Shown here: positions 30,118 to 39,222 of the stretch, in pieces
Numbering within the stretch: position 1 is the first letter of the stretch
Layout of the letters: the number at the start of each line of letters is the position of its first letter
NCBI GenBank assembly: GCA_012521995.1
Contig: JAAYLH010000009.1
Span: 38,411 to 102,410, forward strand
Length of the DNA: 64,000 nt
DNA from: Bacteroidales bacterium
Lineage (GTDB): Bacteria > Bacteroidota > Bacteroidia > Bacteroidales > UBA7960
Direction: 5' to 3'
Notes under the pieces: generated by a model
What the model saw: only the letters and a program-made list of their open reading frames with translations
Told to the model about the DNA's origin: nothing
Database searches by the model: none
Translations under genes and position numbers: made by a program

Positions 30118-31164
30118 ATGGACCAAAGCAAAAAGGATTTTGATTCAACCAATGTCTTCCTCTTTGTCATCCGCTGGTGGAAGCATTTGGCAATCATTGG
30201 TTTTTTGGCTGCGCTTGCAGGGGTGATCTTCTCGGGACCCCGTTTCATTACCCCAATGTATGAATCGACAGTTACTATGTTTCCCACCTCCACTTCCAGT
30301 ATCTCCCGCGCAGTGTTGGGCGGCCCCGGGACTTATGGACAGGACTTCCTGCAATACGGTGGTGTGGATGATGCCGAACGTCTGCTGCAGGTGCTTGGCT
30401 CGGTGGCTATCCGCGACCGGGTGGCAGAACGCTATAACCTGATGGACCATTACGGCATTGGGTCTGAAGAACAATACAGGCGTACGCGCCTGATAAAAAC
30501 CTATGCTGAGAACATCTCTTCACGCCGCACCCAATTCGGGGCTGTGGAAGTCTCTGTTCGCGATAAGGACCCTGTGATGGCGGCCGATATAGCCAATGCT
30601 ATTGCTGCCCTTGCCGACTCAGTGCAGAACGAGATGCGTTATCAACGAGCCCTTCAGGCCTATGAAGTGGCTAGAAGCAATTATGAGGAATTGCGGGGAC
30701 AACTGCGCGTGACAGAAGACTCCCTTAGAAAGGTCATGCAGGCTGGTGTATACGATTTCGAAGGGCAGACCTCTATGCTTACCCAGCAACTGGCCATAGA
30801 CCTTTCCGCCGGAAACCAGCGTGGGGTAAGGGCCATCGAAGAGCGGCTTGATGCTCTAAGCGAAGGCGGCGGGGCTTATCTGTTTCTCTCCAACAACCTG
30901 CAGGCCATCAGCAGCAACCTGGTGGCGTCGCAGCGACGAATGCAGGAAGCTAAAACCGACCTTGACAACTTCCTGAACTTTAAGTTTATTCTCGATCCCG
31001 CTTTTGAAGCAGAGCGAAAAGTATACCCCACCCGCTGGCTTATTGTATTCCTGTCGGCCTTCGGGGCCACCTTTATGGGGATCATTGCCCTGATGGTTTT
31101 CGAAAACCTAGTGTCGAAAGGCATCATTGCCGAAAAGAAATCCGCAGGGAAAAAACCTGAATAG
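30118..31164 (+). CDS. Wzz-like polysaccharide chain-length determinant
   Basis: N- and C-terminal TM segments, periplasmic coiled coil, DPVMAADIAN and KVYPTRWLIV motifs. Confidence 0.8.
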   Translation: MDQSKKDFDSTNVFLFVIRWWKHLAIIGFLAALAGVIFSGPRFITPMYESTVTMFPTSTSSISRAVLGGPGTYGQDFLQYGGVDDAERLLQVLGSVAIRDRVAERYNLMDHYGIGSEEQYRRTRLIKTYAENISSRRTQFGAVEVSVRDKDPVMAADIANAIAALADSVQNEMRYQRALQAYEVARSNYEELRGQLRVTEDSLRKVMQAGVYDFEGQTSMLTQQLAIDLSAGNQRGVRAIEERLDALSEGGGAYLFLSNNLQAISSNLVASQRRMQEAKTDLDNFLNFKFILDPAFEAERKVYPTRWLIVFLSAFGATFMGIIALMVFENLVSKGIIAEKKSAGKKPE

Positions 31165-32590
31165 CGTGGAGGAGCAGCAAAAGCAAAAAATGCTTTACCG
31201 CTTCGGCCTGTGGTTCACAGTGCTGAACATCGTCCTGATGGTCAACGGGCATTACTGGCTTTCGGCCATTCCCATAGCACTGGGCATCATGCTGCTGTTT
31301 TTCTTTTCAATCGATAAGCTTCTGCTGATGATTGTGTTTCTAACTCCTTTCACCTTTAAGTTCGAGATTGAGCAATTAGGGGTCACCATCAATATGCCTA
31401 CCGAGCCGCTTATTGTAGCCGCAATGCTTTTGTTCTTCCTGCGGATGATCCACGAACCCGTTTACGACCGCAGGGTGCTGCGCCATCCTATTACCATCGT
31501 TCTGCTTCTGAACCTGATCTGGATGTTCATCACGTCTGTTACCAGCGAACTTCCCCTGGTCTCATTCAAATATTTTGCATCCCGCCTTTGGTTCGTGGTT
31601 ACCTTTTTCTTCCTTACCGTATTGTTGTTTAAGGAATATAAAAACTACAAGCGCTTTCTTTGGTATTTCGGGGCAGCATTGGCCCTTGTGGTGATTGTGA
31701 TCACTGTGAAGCACTCGGCCTTTAGCTTTGAACGGATGGTGGGTACCTGGATTGTGTCCCCGTTCTTTAACGATCATACCAACTACTCTTCGACCCTTGC
31801 CCTAGTGGCTCCCTTTTTCCTGGTCATGGCCTTTAACAAGGAATACAGCCCCCTGCGAAGAACCGGTGCAGCATTGCTTTTCCTGATCTTTTGCATGGGC
31901 ATTCTTTTCAGCTATAGCCGTGCTTCCTGGTTAAGTCTCATGGTTGCGTTTTCAGGCCTGGTCATCCTGGTGATGAAAATTCCCTTCAGATGGCTGCTTG
32001 GCGGGTTTGTGCTCCTGTTGGCCACCGTCTTTACCTTTCAAACCCAGATCATCATGCAGCTGGAGCGCAATACCCAGGAGTCTTCAGGGGACTTCCAGGA
32101 ACATGTCAAGTCCATTACCAACATTTCTTCAGACGCCTCCAACCTCGAACGCATCAACCGTTGGCGCAGCGCCTTCCGGATGTTTGATGAGCGCCCTGTC
32201 GTGGGATGGGGGCCGGGGACCTATCAGTTTGTTTATGCACCCTTTCAGCGCTCAGAAGACTTCACCATCATCACCACCAACTTTGGCGATCTGGGGAATG
32301 CCCACAGCGAGTATATCGGCCCACTGGCGGAAAGCGGATTGCCCGGAATGCTTCTTTTTATTGCCCTGGCCTTGCTTGTGTTGAAAACGGGGGTAGACCT
32401 TTGGAAAAAAGCTCCGTCCCGCGAGATGCGGTTGATGGCCCTGGGCATTACCCTTGGGTTTATTACCTATTTTGCACACGGGGTGCTCAATAATTTTCTG
32501 GATACAGACAAGGCCTCGGTGCCCTTCTGGGGTATGATGGCCATGCTTGTCTCTCTGGATGCTTTTTACAAACCTAAAGACAGTGGCTAG
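31127..32590 (+). CDS. O-antigen ligase/Wzy_C family membrane protein (start uncertain: 31127, 31166 or 31190)
   Basis: SYSRASW, ERINRW, GWGPG and AHSEY..LAESG motifs. Confidence 0.85.
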   Translation: MPKRNPQGKNLNSVEEQQKQKMLYRFGLWFTVLNIVLMVNGHYWLSAIPIALGIMLLFFFSIDKLLLMIVFLTPFTFKFEIEQLGVTINMPTEPLIVAAMLLFFLRMIHEPVYDRRVLRHPITIVLLLNLIWMFITSVTSELPLVSFKYFASRLWFVVTFFFLTVLLFKEYKNYKRFLWYFGAALALVVIVITVKHSAFSFERMVGTWIVSPFFNDHTNYSSTLALVAPFFLVMAFNKEYSPLRRTGAALLFLIFCMGILFSYSRASWLSLMVAFSGLVILVMKIPFRWLLGGFVLLLATVFTFQTQIIMQLERNTQESSGDFQEHVKSITNISSDASNLERINRWRSAFRMFDERPVVGWGPGTYQFVYAPFQRSEDFTIITTNFGDLGNAHSEYIGPLAESGLPGMLLFIALALLVLKTGVDLWKKAPSREMRLMALGITLGFITYFAHGVLNNFLDTDKASVPFWGMMAMLVSLDAFYKPKDSG

Positions 32591-32686
32591 CCAGGTGAAG
32601 AATCCTGAATTATCTCAAAAAGTCATGGACAGTTCTTTGGCAGCTAGGCATAAAACCTTAATTTTACTGCCCAAAATCTGCTTGTC

Positions 32687-33448
32687 ATGAACCATACCCT
32701 GAAGACCCTTCTGAGCCATAAAACCATCCGCAACTACAAAAGCGACCCCATTCCTGATGATATGCTCAGCCATATCCTGGAAGCTGGCTTTCGCGCCTCC
32801 ACCACGGGAAATATGCAGGTTTACAGCGTGATCGTCACGCGTGATGAGGAAAGGCGCAAGGAATTGTGCCAACTTCATTTCGGACAAAAAATGGTGGAAC
32901 AAGCACCTGTGTTGTTGACCTTTTGCGCCGACTTTAATCGCTTCAACAAATGGTGCCGTCAGCGCGAGGCTGAACCCGGTTACGATAACTTCCTGTCATT
33001 TTTTACTGCCGCCATCGATGCGCTACTGGTAGCCCAAAATGCCTGTGTGGCTGCAGAATCTTTCGGTCTGGGCATCTGTTACCTGGGGACAACTACCTAT
33101 CAGGCCGACAAGCTGATCGATTTCTTCAACTTGCCCGAAGGTGTGATGCCCATCACCACGGTAGTGCTAGGTTACCCCAATGAAGATCCCGAAAAGGTCG
33201 ACAGGCTCCCGGCTGAAGGGGTGGTCCATTACGAAACCTATAAGGATTATCTGGCCGAAGACATCGACCGCATTTATCACGAGAAGGAGCGCTTGCCTGA
33301 AACCGCCCGCCTCATCAAGGAAAATGAATTGGATAACCTTGCCCAGATCTTCGCCTATAAGCGATACAGCAAAAAGGACAACCTTCAATTCAGCAAGGTG
33401 TTCCTTGACGCCATTACCGATCAGGGCTTTATGAACCACAAAGAATAA
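32687..33448 (+). CDS. Nitroreductase (NfsA/Frp family)
   Basis: HKTIRNY, ASTTGNMQ, AAESFGLGICYLG and RLP motifs. Confidence 0.9.
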   Translation: MNHTLKTLLSHKTIRNYKSDPIPDDMLSHILEAGFRASTTGNMQVYSVIVTRDEERRKELCQLHFGQKMVEQAPVLLTFCADFNRFNKWCRQREAEPGYDNFLSFFTAAIDALLVAQNACVAAESFGLGICYLGTTTYQADKLIDFFNLPEGVMPITTVVLGYPNEDPEKVDRLPAEGVVHYETYKDYLAEDIDRIYHEKERLPETARLIKENELDNLAQIFAYKRYSKKDNLQFSKVFLDAITDQGFMNHKE

Positions 33449-33462
33449 TAAAGTGAAGGCCT

Positions 33463-34020
33463 CTAGTCTTCCGCTCCCTTTTCACCGATAAAATACTGCT
33501 CCTTGTGCTTGAAGAGCACGTTGAAGGTAGTTAGTGAGCCGTATATCCGTGTGATGTATTGTTGTAGGTTGACCTTCTCGTTATCTTCGAGTTTCTCGTT
33601 GCTGTTGATGCGCTGTTCAAGGACTCTCAAGCGGTCGCGCACCAGCACAATCTTATGGAAAAAGCTGTCGATGGGAATCTCCTTGGGCTTGAGTTCAGAC
33701 GATGCAGGCTTCAGGATCAGGGTGCCTTTTTTCCAGCGGTCAGCCATTTCTACAGTCTCTGGAAAATCAACATAGCGCCGCAGCACCCCTGTAAATACCT
33801 TCTCCAGGTCTGCAAGGCTGATGGAGGGGGCTCTGCCTCCCTGATCCGTAACTTTCGATTCCTCCACAAGTTTCAGGCCCTGGAAATTGCGGGCAATTTC
33901 CTTGTCGCCGCGGTTCATGAAGAATATTGTTAGGGTCGTGAGATTGGCATTGGTGATTACTCCAAGGCCAAATTGCGAATGCTCAACTTTGGTACCGATG
34001 ACAAAAAGGTCTTGTTCCAT
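33463..34020 (-). CDS. Conserved hypothetical protein with N-terminal Tudor-like motif
   Basis: GTKVEHSQFGLGVI at the N-terminus; helical C-terminus FFHKIV..RDRLRVLEQ..YITRIYGSLTTFN. Confidence 0.7.
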   Translation of the reverse strand: MEQDLFVIGTKVEHSQFGLGVITNANLTTLTIFFMNRGDKEIARNFQGLKLVEESKVTDQGGRAPSISLADLEKVFTGVLRRYVDFPETVEMADRWKKGTLILKPASSELKPKEIPIDSFFHKIVLVRDRLRVLEQRINSNEKLEDNEKVNLQQYITRIYGSLTTFNVLFKHKEQYFIGEKGAED

Positions 34021-34043
34021 AGGATAATGATTGCTCGTTAAGG

Positions 34044-35567
34044 TTAGTACTTGAAACTGCTGCCCCCGATGAACTCTCTCAGGATGGAAGTAGGGGGGAT
34101 GTCGGCGGGGTCAATGGGCTTGAATAGCGAAAGCAGTCGGTTGAGGCGCATAACCTCTTGGCGGATTTGTTCATTTGCGGCGCGTTCAGGCTTAAGGATG
34201 GCTGGCGCATAATGGGCAAAGACCGCAATTTCGTAAATCAGCGCAGAATTGAAAATGGCGTGTGCGCTTTCCTGGAAAGGGAAAATACTCTTATATTCAT
34301 TTTGCATCACATCGGGCCAGCGCGTGATGGTTTCGTTGAAGTCGTAACCCCTGAACAGGTGATCGCGCACCAATCGACGGATCAACCGGTGATCAGAAGT
34401 AGAGAAGGGCAGATGGTCATGGATGTTCAGGGTGCTCAGCGCAGAAACATATAGGCGGTAGGATTCAATGTCCATCACGTCTTTCCACATCTGGGGGTTC
34501 AGCCCGTGGATCCCCTCTACGATTACATAGGTTTCGGGGCCAATCACGGTGGCTTCAGGAGAAGGTACAGAACCCTTGCCGTCAAACATGTATTTGGGAA
34601 GGTGCACAGAATTGCCCGCAATAAGGTCGTTGATGTTCTGCCGGAAAAGCTCCAGGTCGAGGGCAGTGATCAACTCAAAGTTCTTAATCCCGCTTACAGG
34701 ATCGTCAGGAATGGCATCGTGGGGCAAATAATAATTGTCGAGCGAGAGAATCAAAACACTTTTGCCCAACACCTTAAGCTCTATGGCCAGGCGGTTGGCT
34801 GAGGTGGTTTTTCCCGATGAGGTTGGGCCTGCAAGGAAAATGACCCTGGGCTTCAGGGGGTGGGATATGATGTTGTCGGCAATTCGTGAGAATCTGCGCG
34901 CCTGGTACACCTCAGCAATTTTGATGAATTCAGGAAGTTCACCCCGCGCAATGACATCATTCAGCTCGGCTACACTCGAAATGCCCAGTTGCATCATGGC
35001 TTCTTCGGTTTGGTCAAAGCGCCTGAAGTATTTGCTGTGCTCCAGCTTGGCAGGCATCACCCTGTCGAAGAAATCAGGGTCGGCTACAAGGAAAAACCCA
35101 TCTTTGAAACGGAACAACCTGAAGTCTTCAAGCTTGTCGTAATGCTCCCGCAAGCTGTTGATGAACAGTTCACTCATTCCGTTGATGTGGGCCAGATGAA
35201 GGCCTTGCATGGCTTGGGGACAAACTCCCCTTGATCCCAGCAGGTGGGTGATGTCGCTGCGTTTGTTTGCCTCAAAATATGTAATGATCTGCTCTGGAGA
35301 CAGGGACTCCTGGGTAATGCTTACCTTTTCACGGATCAGCCTGTTCATTCGGGTCCTGATGCGCTGCAGGTCCTCATCCGTAGGCACATAGTGTTTGAAA
35401 TATCCGTAAACTCCCCCCGGAATGCTGTAAGCAATGTAATAAGGCTCGTCTTTCAGTATTTGGGCGCTGGCCATGTTGAACAGCACCAACAGGGGTTCCA
35501 TCAGGTTACGGAATGAAAGCTTGAAATATCCCGAAAGGGTATGTGCCTGGGGCTCGATCTGTGTCAT
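34044..35567 (-). CDS. Nucleoside (uridine) kinase family protein with ThrRS-like N-terminal region
   Basis: Walker A GPTSSGKTT, SLDNYY, EGIHGLN and SILREFIGGS motifs. Start chosen at ATG 35567. Confidence 0.85.
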   Translation of the reverse strand: MTQIEPQAHTLSGYFKLSFRNLMEPLLVLFNMASAQILKDEPYYIAYSIPGGVYGYFKHYVPTDEDLQRIRTRMNRLIREKVSITQESLSPEQIITYFEANKRSDITHLLGSRGVCPQAMQGLHLAHINGMSELFINSLREHYDKLEDFRLFRFKDGFFLVADPDFFDRVMPAKLEHSKYFRRFDQTEEAMMQLGISSVAELNDVIARGELPEFIKIAEVYQARRFSRIADNIISHPLKPRVIFLAGPTSSGKTTSANRLAIELKVLGKSVLILSLDNYYLPHDAIPDDPVSGIKNFELITALDLELFRQNINDLIAGNSVHLPKYMFDGKGSVPSPEATVIGPETYVIVEGIHGLNPQMWKDVMDIESYRLYVSALSTLNIHDHLPFSTSDHRLIRRLVRDHLFRGYDFNETITRWPDVMQNEYKSIFPFQESAHAIFNSALIYEIAVFAHYAPAILKPERAANEQIRQEVMRLNRLLSLFKPIDPADIPPTSILREFIGGSSFKY

Positions 35568-35797
35568 ACTATTGAATACAAAGTGTTTTGGATTTACCTT
35601 GTCAAATATCTTGCCAGGAAAAACCACCTGCAAAGATAATGCTTTCGGGGCGGTTTTCCGATTACAAACCAACCCTAACCCTCCCCTTGATTTAAAAATT
35701 CAAATAATTCGCCGCCTTTGTTTAGGTTTTTGAAAATGGTTCTTTAAATTTGTCGGTTGTAAACAGGAAAAGAGTCATGTACCCAAATCCACCCAAA

Positions 35798-36784
35798 ATG
35801 ATCGATTTATCCACCACTTATATGGGCCTTTCGCTTCGAAGCCCCGTTATCGTAGGTAGTTCTGGCCTTACACGAAGCATCGACAACCTGAAGGAAATTG
35901 AGGCCCACGGGGCTGGTGCCGTGGTGCTCAAATCGCTTTTCGAAGAGCAGATCAAGTTTGAGATCCGTAAAGTGTTTTCCTACGACGATATGGTTAGTGC
36001 CTATACCGAGGCCGACGATTACATCCGCAACTATGCACGCACCCATGCCCTCGACGAATACCTGAACCTGATCCGTGAAGCTAAAAAGGCCATCACCATC
36101 CCTGTCATTGCCAGCATTAACTGCGTAAGCGCTGAAGAATGGACCAGCTTCGCCAAAAACATCGAAGAAGCAGGAGCCGACGGCCTTGAGCTAAACATCT
36201 TTGTGGTGCCGTCCGACGTGGATATGGAAGGCAGTCAGTATGAAAAACTGTACTTTGATATCGTTGAAAAGGTCAAAAAGGAAATCAATATTCCCCTTGC
36301 GCTGAAGATTTCCTCTCATTTCTCAGGTTTGGGCAATATGGTAAAGAAACTTTCGTGGACAGGGGTAAAAGGGATCGTGCTGTTCAATCGTTTTTTCAAT
36401 CCCGACATTGACATCGAGAAGATGCGCATGAGCGCTGGAAATATCTACAGCACCCCCGATGAGATCACCACTTCCCTGCGCTGGATTGGCATCCTGGCAG
36501 GCCGCGTTCAGACCGACCTCTGTGCCTCAACAGGGGTTCACGATGGCAAAGGCGCCATCAAGCAGTTACTGGCAGGCGCCAAAGCAGTGCAGGTATGCTC
36601 TACCCTTTACAAGAACGGATTCGGGCAAATTGAACGTATCCACGAGGAAATGAAGGAGTGGATGTCAGGCAATGGATTCACCAAGCTTAGTGAATTCGAT
36701 GGCAAGATGAGCTTCAAAAAGGGTGAACACCCCGGAGCCCTCCAGCGCGTGCAGTTCATGAAGCACTTCGCAGGGATCGATTAA
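35798..36784 (+). CDS. Dihydroorotate dehydrogenase-like flavoprotein
   Basis: DLSTTYMGL.L.SP, AVVLKSLFEEQI, LFNRF and STGVHDG motifs. Confidence 0.88.
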   Translation: MIDLSTTYMGLSLRSPVIVGSSGLTRSIDNLKEIEAHGAGAVVLKSLFEEQIKFEIRKVFSYDDMVSAYTEADDYIRNYARTHALDEYLNLIREAKKAITIPVIASINCVSAEEWTSFAKNIEEAGADGLELNIFVVPSDVDMEGSQYEKLYFDIVEKVKKEINIPLALKISSHFSGLGNMVKKLSWTGVKGIVLFNRFFNPDIDIEKMRMSAGNIYSTPDEITTSLRWIGILAGRVQTDLCASTGVHDGKGAIKQLLAGAKAVQVCSTLYKNGFGQIERIHEEMKEWMSGNGFTKLSEFDGKMSFKKGEHPGALQRVQFMKHFAGID

Positions 36785-36804
36785 GCAAATGAAGAATTTA
36801 AAAT

Positions 36805-36839
36805 AAAAAATGGCCGGGGCATTTTCCGGCCATTTTTTT
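36805..36839. terminator. Bidirectional Rho-independent terminator
   Basis: aaaaaatggccgg...ccggccattttttt between convergent genes. Confidence 0.85.
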
Positions 36840-36844
36840 GATGC

Positions 36845-37564
36845 CTATTGTTGTGCAAAGACTTTTTTTAGCAGTTCAGTAACCCGTGCTGCGGGGTCCC
36901 GCCTGATTTTGGCCTCTTCTTCCGCTACCATGAGGAACAGCCCGTCGAGGGCCTTGTTGGTAGCGTAGTCGGCCAGGTCGGTATTTACTTTGTTGAGGTT
37001 GGGTGATAGGGTGGCAATTGTATTGTAGGCGTTGGTCAGTTCTGCCCAGGCATTTTGGGCTCCTACGCTGTTGAGCGAACGGATCACATCGGGCTTAAAC
37101 GCGCTGTAAAGCTGGCTGTAGGTCCTGTCGTGCAAGTAATTGGTGGCGGCGTTCTGTCCCCCGCGCAAAATGCCCCAAGCATCCTGAATGGTGATGTCGC
37201 GGATGGCATTGGTGAAAATGGGCCGTGCATTCACGGCAGCTTGCTCTGCAGCACGGTTCAGCCGCAGCACAAATTCGTTCAAAAGAGGTCTGAGCAGCGC
37301 CGAATTCTGCATGTAGTTCATGGCTCCCGCTGCCTCGGCGGGAAAGGGGATCTTAATGGCATCGTTGCCAAAATAGCCATTTTCCTTGTTGGTTGCCAAC
37401 ACCGCATTGACGGCGCCAATGGTCAGCGCTTCACGTAAACCGCTGGCTACTTCAGCCTCGCTCATGGGTAGGCTGATAAGTTCTTCACAACTATTTACAC
37501 TCATACTGAAAAAACCGATGACCGCAAATAGCAGGATCACAGGCCGGCTGTACAATCTTTTCAT
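36845..37564 (-). CDS. DUF4197-like lipoprotein
   Basis: Lipobox VNSC; GLREAL, LNRAAE.A and EEAKIR.DP.AR.T.LL.KVF motifs. Confidence 0.85.
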   Translation of the reverse strand: MKRLYSRPVILLFAVIGFFSMSVNSCEELISLPMSEAEVASGLREALTIGAVNAVLATNKENGYFGNDAIKIPFPAEAAGAMNYMQNSALLRPLLNEFVLRLNRAAEQAAVNARPIFTNAIRDITIQDAWGILRGGQNAATNYLHDRTYSQLYSAFKPDVIRSLNSVGAQNAWAELTNAYNTIATLSPNLNKVNTDLADYATNKALDGLFLMVAEEEAKIRRDPAARVTELLKKVFAQQ

Positions 37565-38025
37565 AAGGCTCTTTATTAAAGGTTTATATTGTTCGTCGTT
37601 TCTCGATTTTCTTCAAATTTACCCATAATTCCCAAAACTGTAATTTAATTTTTTCCCCCTGGCATCTTGGGTGCGCTTTTCATAAGGGTTTTGATTTGGC
37701 ACAACAGTGCTTTATCAAATGGATACTCAAGCCCCGTCATTCATTATGGACCATCAAAGGATTATACCTGCATCGTTTTTTTCAATCCCCGATAAACCAA
37801 ATCAATCATTTTGTCCCCATGCCTCTTCAGTTCTTTTTTGATGCGCTACTTCTGGTACTGGTTTGGTTTTTTTGAAGATGGTTCTAGTGTTAATTTCAAG
37901 CATCTAGATGCCTTTATGCTTCCATAAACAAAATGTAAACTTTTTTGTTATTCCTACTTGGCCAACAACTTACTCGTTGTCCTTTTGAATTAAATTAACT
38001 GAAAAACAGAAAATTAAAGAACGAC

Positions 38026-38490
38026 ATGTCGAAAAAACAAGAAAGCAAAAAACAAAGCATGCGTCCCATGCTCGTTGCTTTTGGAATCATTGCACTGGCC
38101 CTTGGCGCCTATGCCATCTTCAGCAATACCCAAAAAGATGTGAATGAGGAAGTAGTTGTGGTAAACACCGAAGAAAGCCTGGTGACTGTATTGAACGAAG
38201 GAAACTTCAAGCAGATAACTGATCAGGGTGTGGTTTTGATCGATTTCTGGGCCACCTGGTGTCCTCCCTGCCGTATTCAAAATCCCATTGTGGAAGATGT
38301 TGCTGCTGAGATCGGCGACAAGGCCCGCATCGCCAAACTTGATGTGGACCAAAATGGCCGTTTGGCTGCTTTGTATGAAGTGCGCAACATTCCAACTCTG
38401 ATCATCTTTAAGGATGGCGAGCCTGCGCGCCGCTTTGTCGGGGTTACCCAGAAAGAAACCCTCCTTGAGGCCATCAACGAACTTCTTTAA
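38026..38490 (+). CDS. Thioredoxin with N-terminal membrane anchor
   Basis: DFWATWCPPC active site; hydrophobic N-terminal segment. Confidence 0.88.
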   Translation: MSKKQESKKQSMRPMLVAFGIIALALGAYAIFSNTQKDVNEEVVVVNTEESLVTVLNEGNFKQITDQGVVLIDFWATWCPPCRIQNPIVEDVAAEIGDKARIAKLDVDQNGRLAALYEVRNIPTLIIFKDGEPARRFVGVTQKETLLEAINELL

Positions 38491-38524
38491 TTACGCATCC
38501 CGAAACATTAATCAATTTTTTCAT

Positions 38525-38881
38525 ATGGAACATTTAACTTTAGAATCATTCAAAACCAAAGTGTTTAACTTTGAAGAAAACAAAGAATGGAAATTTGAAG
38601 GCGAAAAGCCTTGTATCATTGATTTTTACGCCGACTGGTGCGCGCCCTGCCGTATGGTAGCACCCGTACTGGAAGAACTTTCGAAAGAATACGACGGTAA
38701 AGTGGATATCTACAAAATTGATACTGAAGCTGAGCAGGACCTGGCTGCCTTGTTTGGAATCCGGAGCATCCCTTCTATCTTGTTTGTGCCTATGAACGCA
38801 CAGCCCCAGATGGCCCAAGGCGCCCTGCCCAAGAATGCCCTCGAGCAAGCCATAAAGGAAGTACTCGCCGTTGAAAAATAG
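38525..38881 (+). CDS. trxA: Thioredoxin
   Basis: DFYADWCAPC and GIRSIP motifs; ATG at 38525. Confidence 0.88.
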   Translation: MEHLTLESFKTKVFNFEENKEWKFEGEKPCIIDFYADWCAPCRMVAPVLEELSKEYDGKVDIYKIDTEAEQDLAALFGIRSIPSILFVPMNAQPQMAQGALPKNALEQAIKEVLAVEK

Positions 38882-38896
38882 TTTTGGTTTGGTGGT

Positions 38897-38934
38897 AAGC
38901 CTGGTGCAGCTTCTGGCTGCCCCGGGCTTTTTTT
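38897..38934 (+). terminator. Rho-independent terminator after the thioredoxins
   Basis: aagcctgg-gcagc...gctgc-ccgggctt stem plus a T-run. Confidence 0.7.
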
Positions 38935-38948
38935 AATGAGAATCTACG

Positions 38949-39209
38949 ATGGAACGACAATCCACAGAAAATAAAACGGACCTGCACAATAGGAAATTTC
39001 CCTTCCGGGTGTCCTCACGTCCCTATTTATGGATCATCGCGGCCTTTACTGTAATTGGAGTGGCTGGCGGCTTGATTTATTACTTAAAGGTTGGCTGCAA
39101 CACGGGTGGCTGTATGATCACCTCTAGCCCTTATATGAGTATGATATGGGGCGGACTGGTTGGATATCTGATACCAGATTTTTTTGTAAAACAAGAAACC
39201 GGGTCTTAA
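38949..39209 (+). CDS. DUF6132-like small membrane protein with CxxxxC
   Basis: GLIYYLKVGCNTGGCMITSSP between two TM segments. Confidence 0.75.
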   Translation: MERQSTENKTDLHNRKFPFRVSSRPYLWIIAAFTVIGVAGGLIYYLKVGCNTGGCMITSSPYMSMIWGGLVGYLIPDFFVKQETGS

Positions 39210-39222
39210 TCCCGGTTTTTTT
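39196..39222. terminator. Terminator between convergent DUF6132-like gene and lptF/G
   Basis: aaaccggg...cccggttttttt. Confidence 0.7.

Noticed and set aside
37565-38025. 460-bp intergenic region as possible sRNA or riboswitch
   Set aside because: I could not identify a convincing stem, repeat or known motif.
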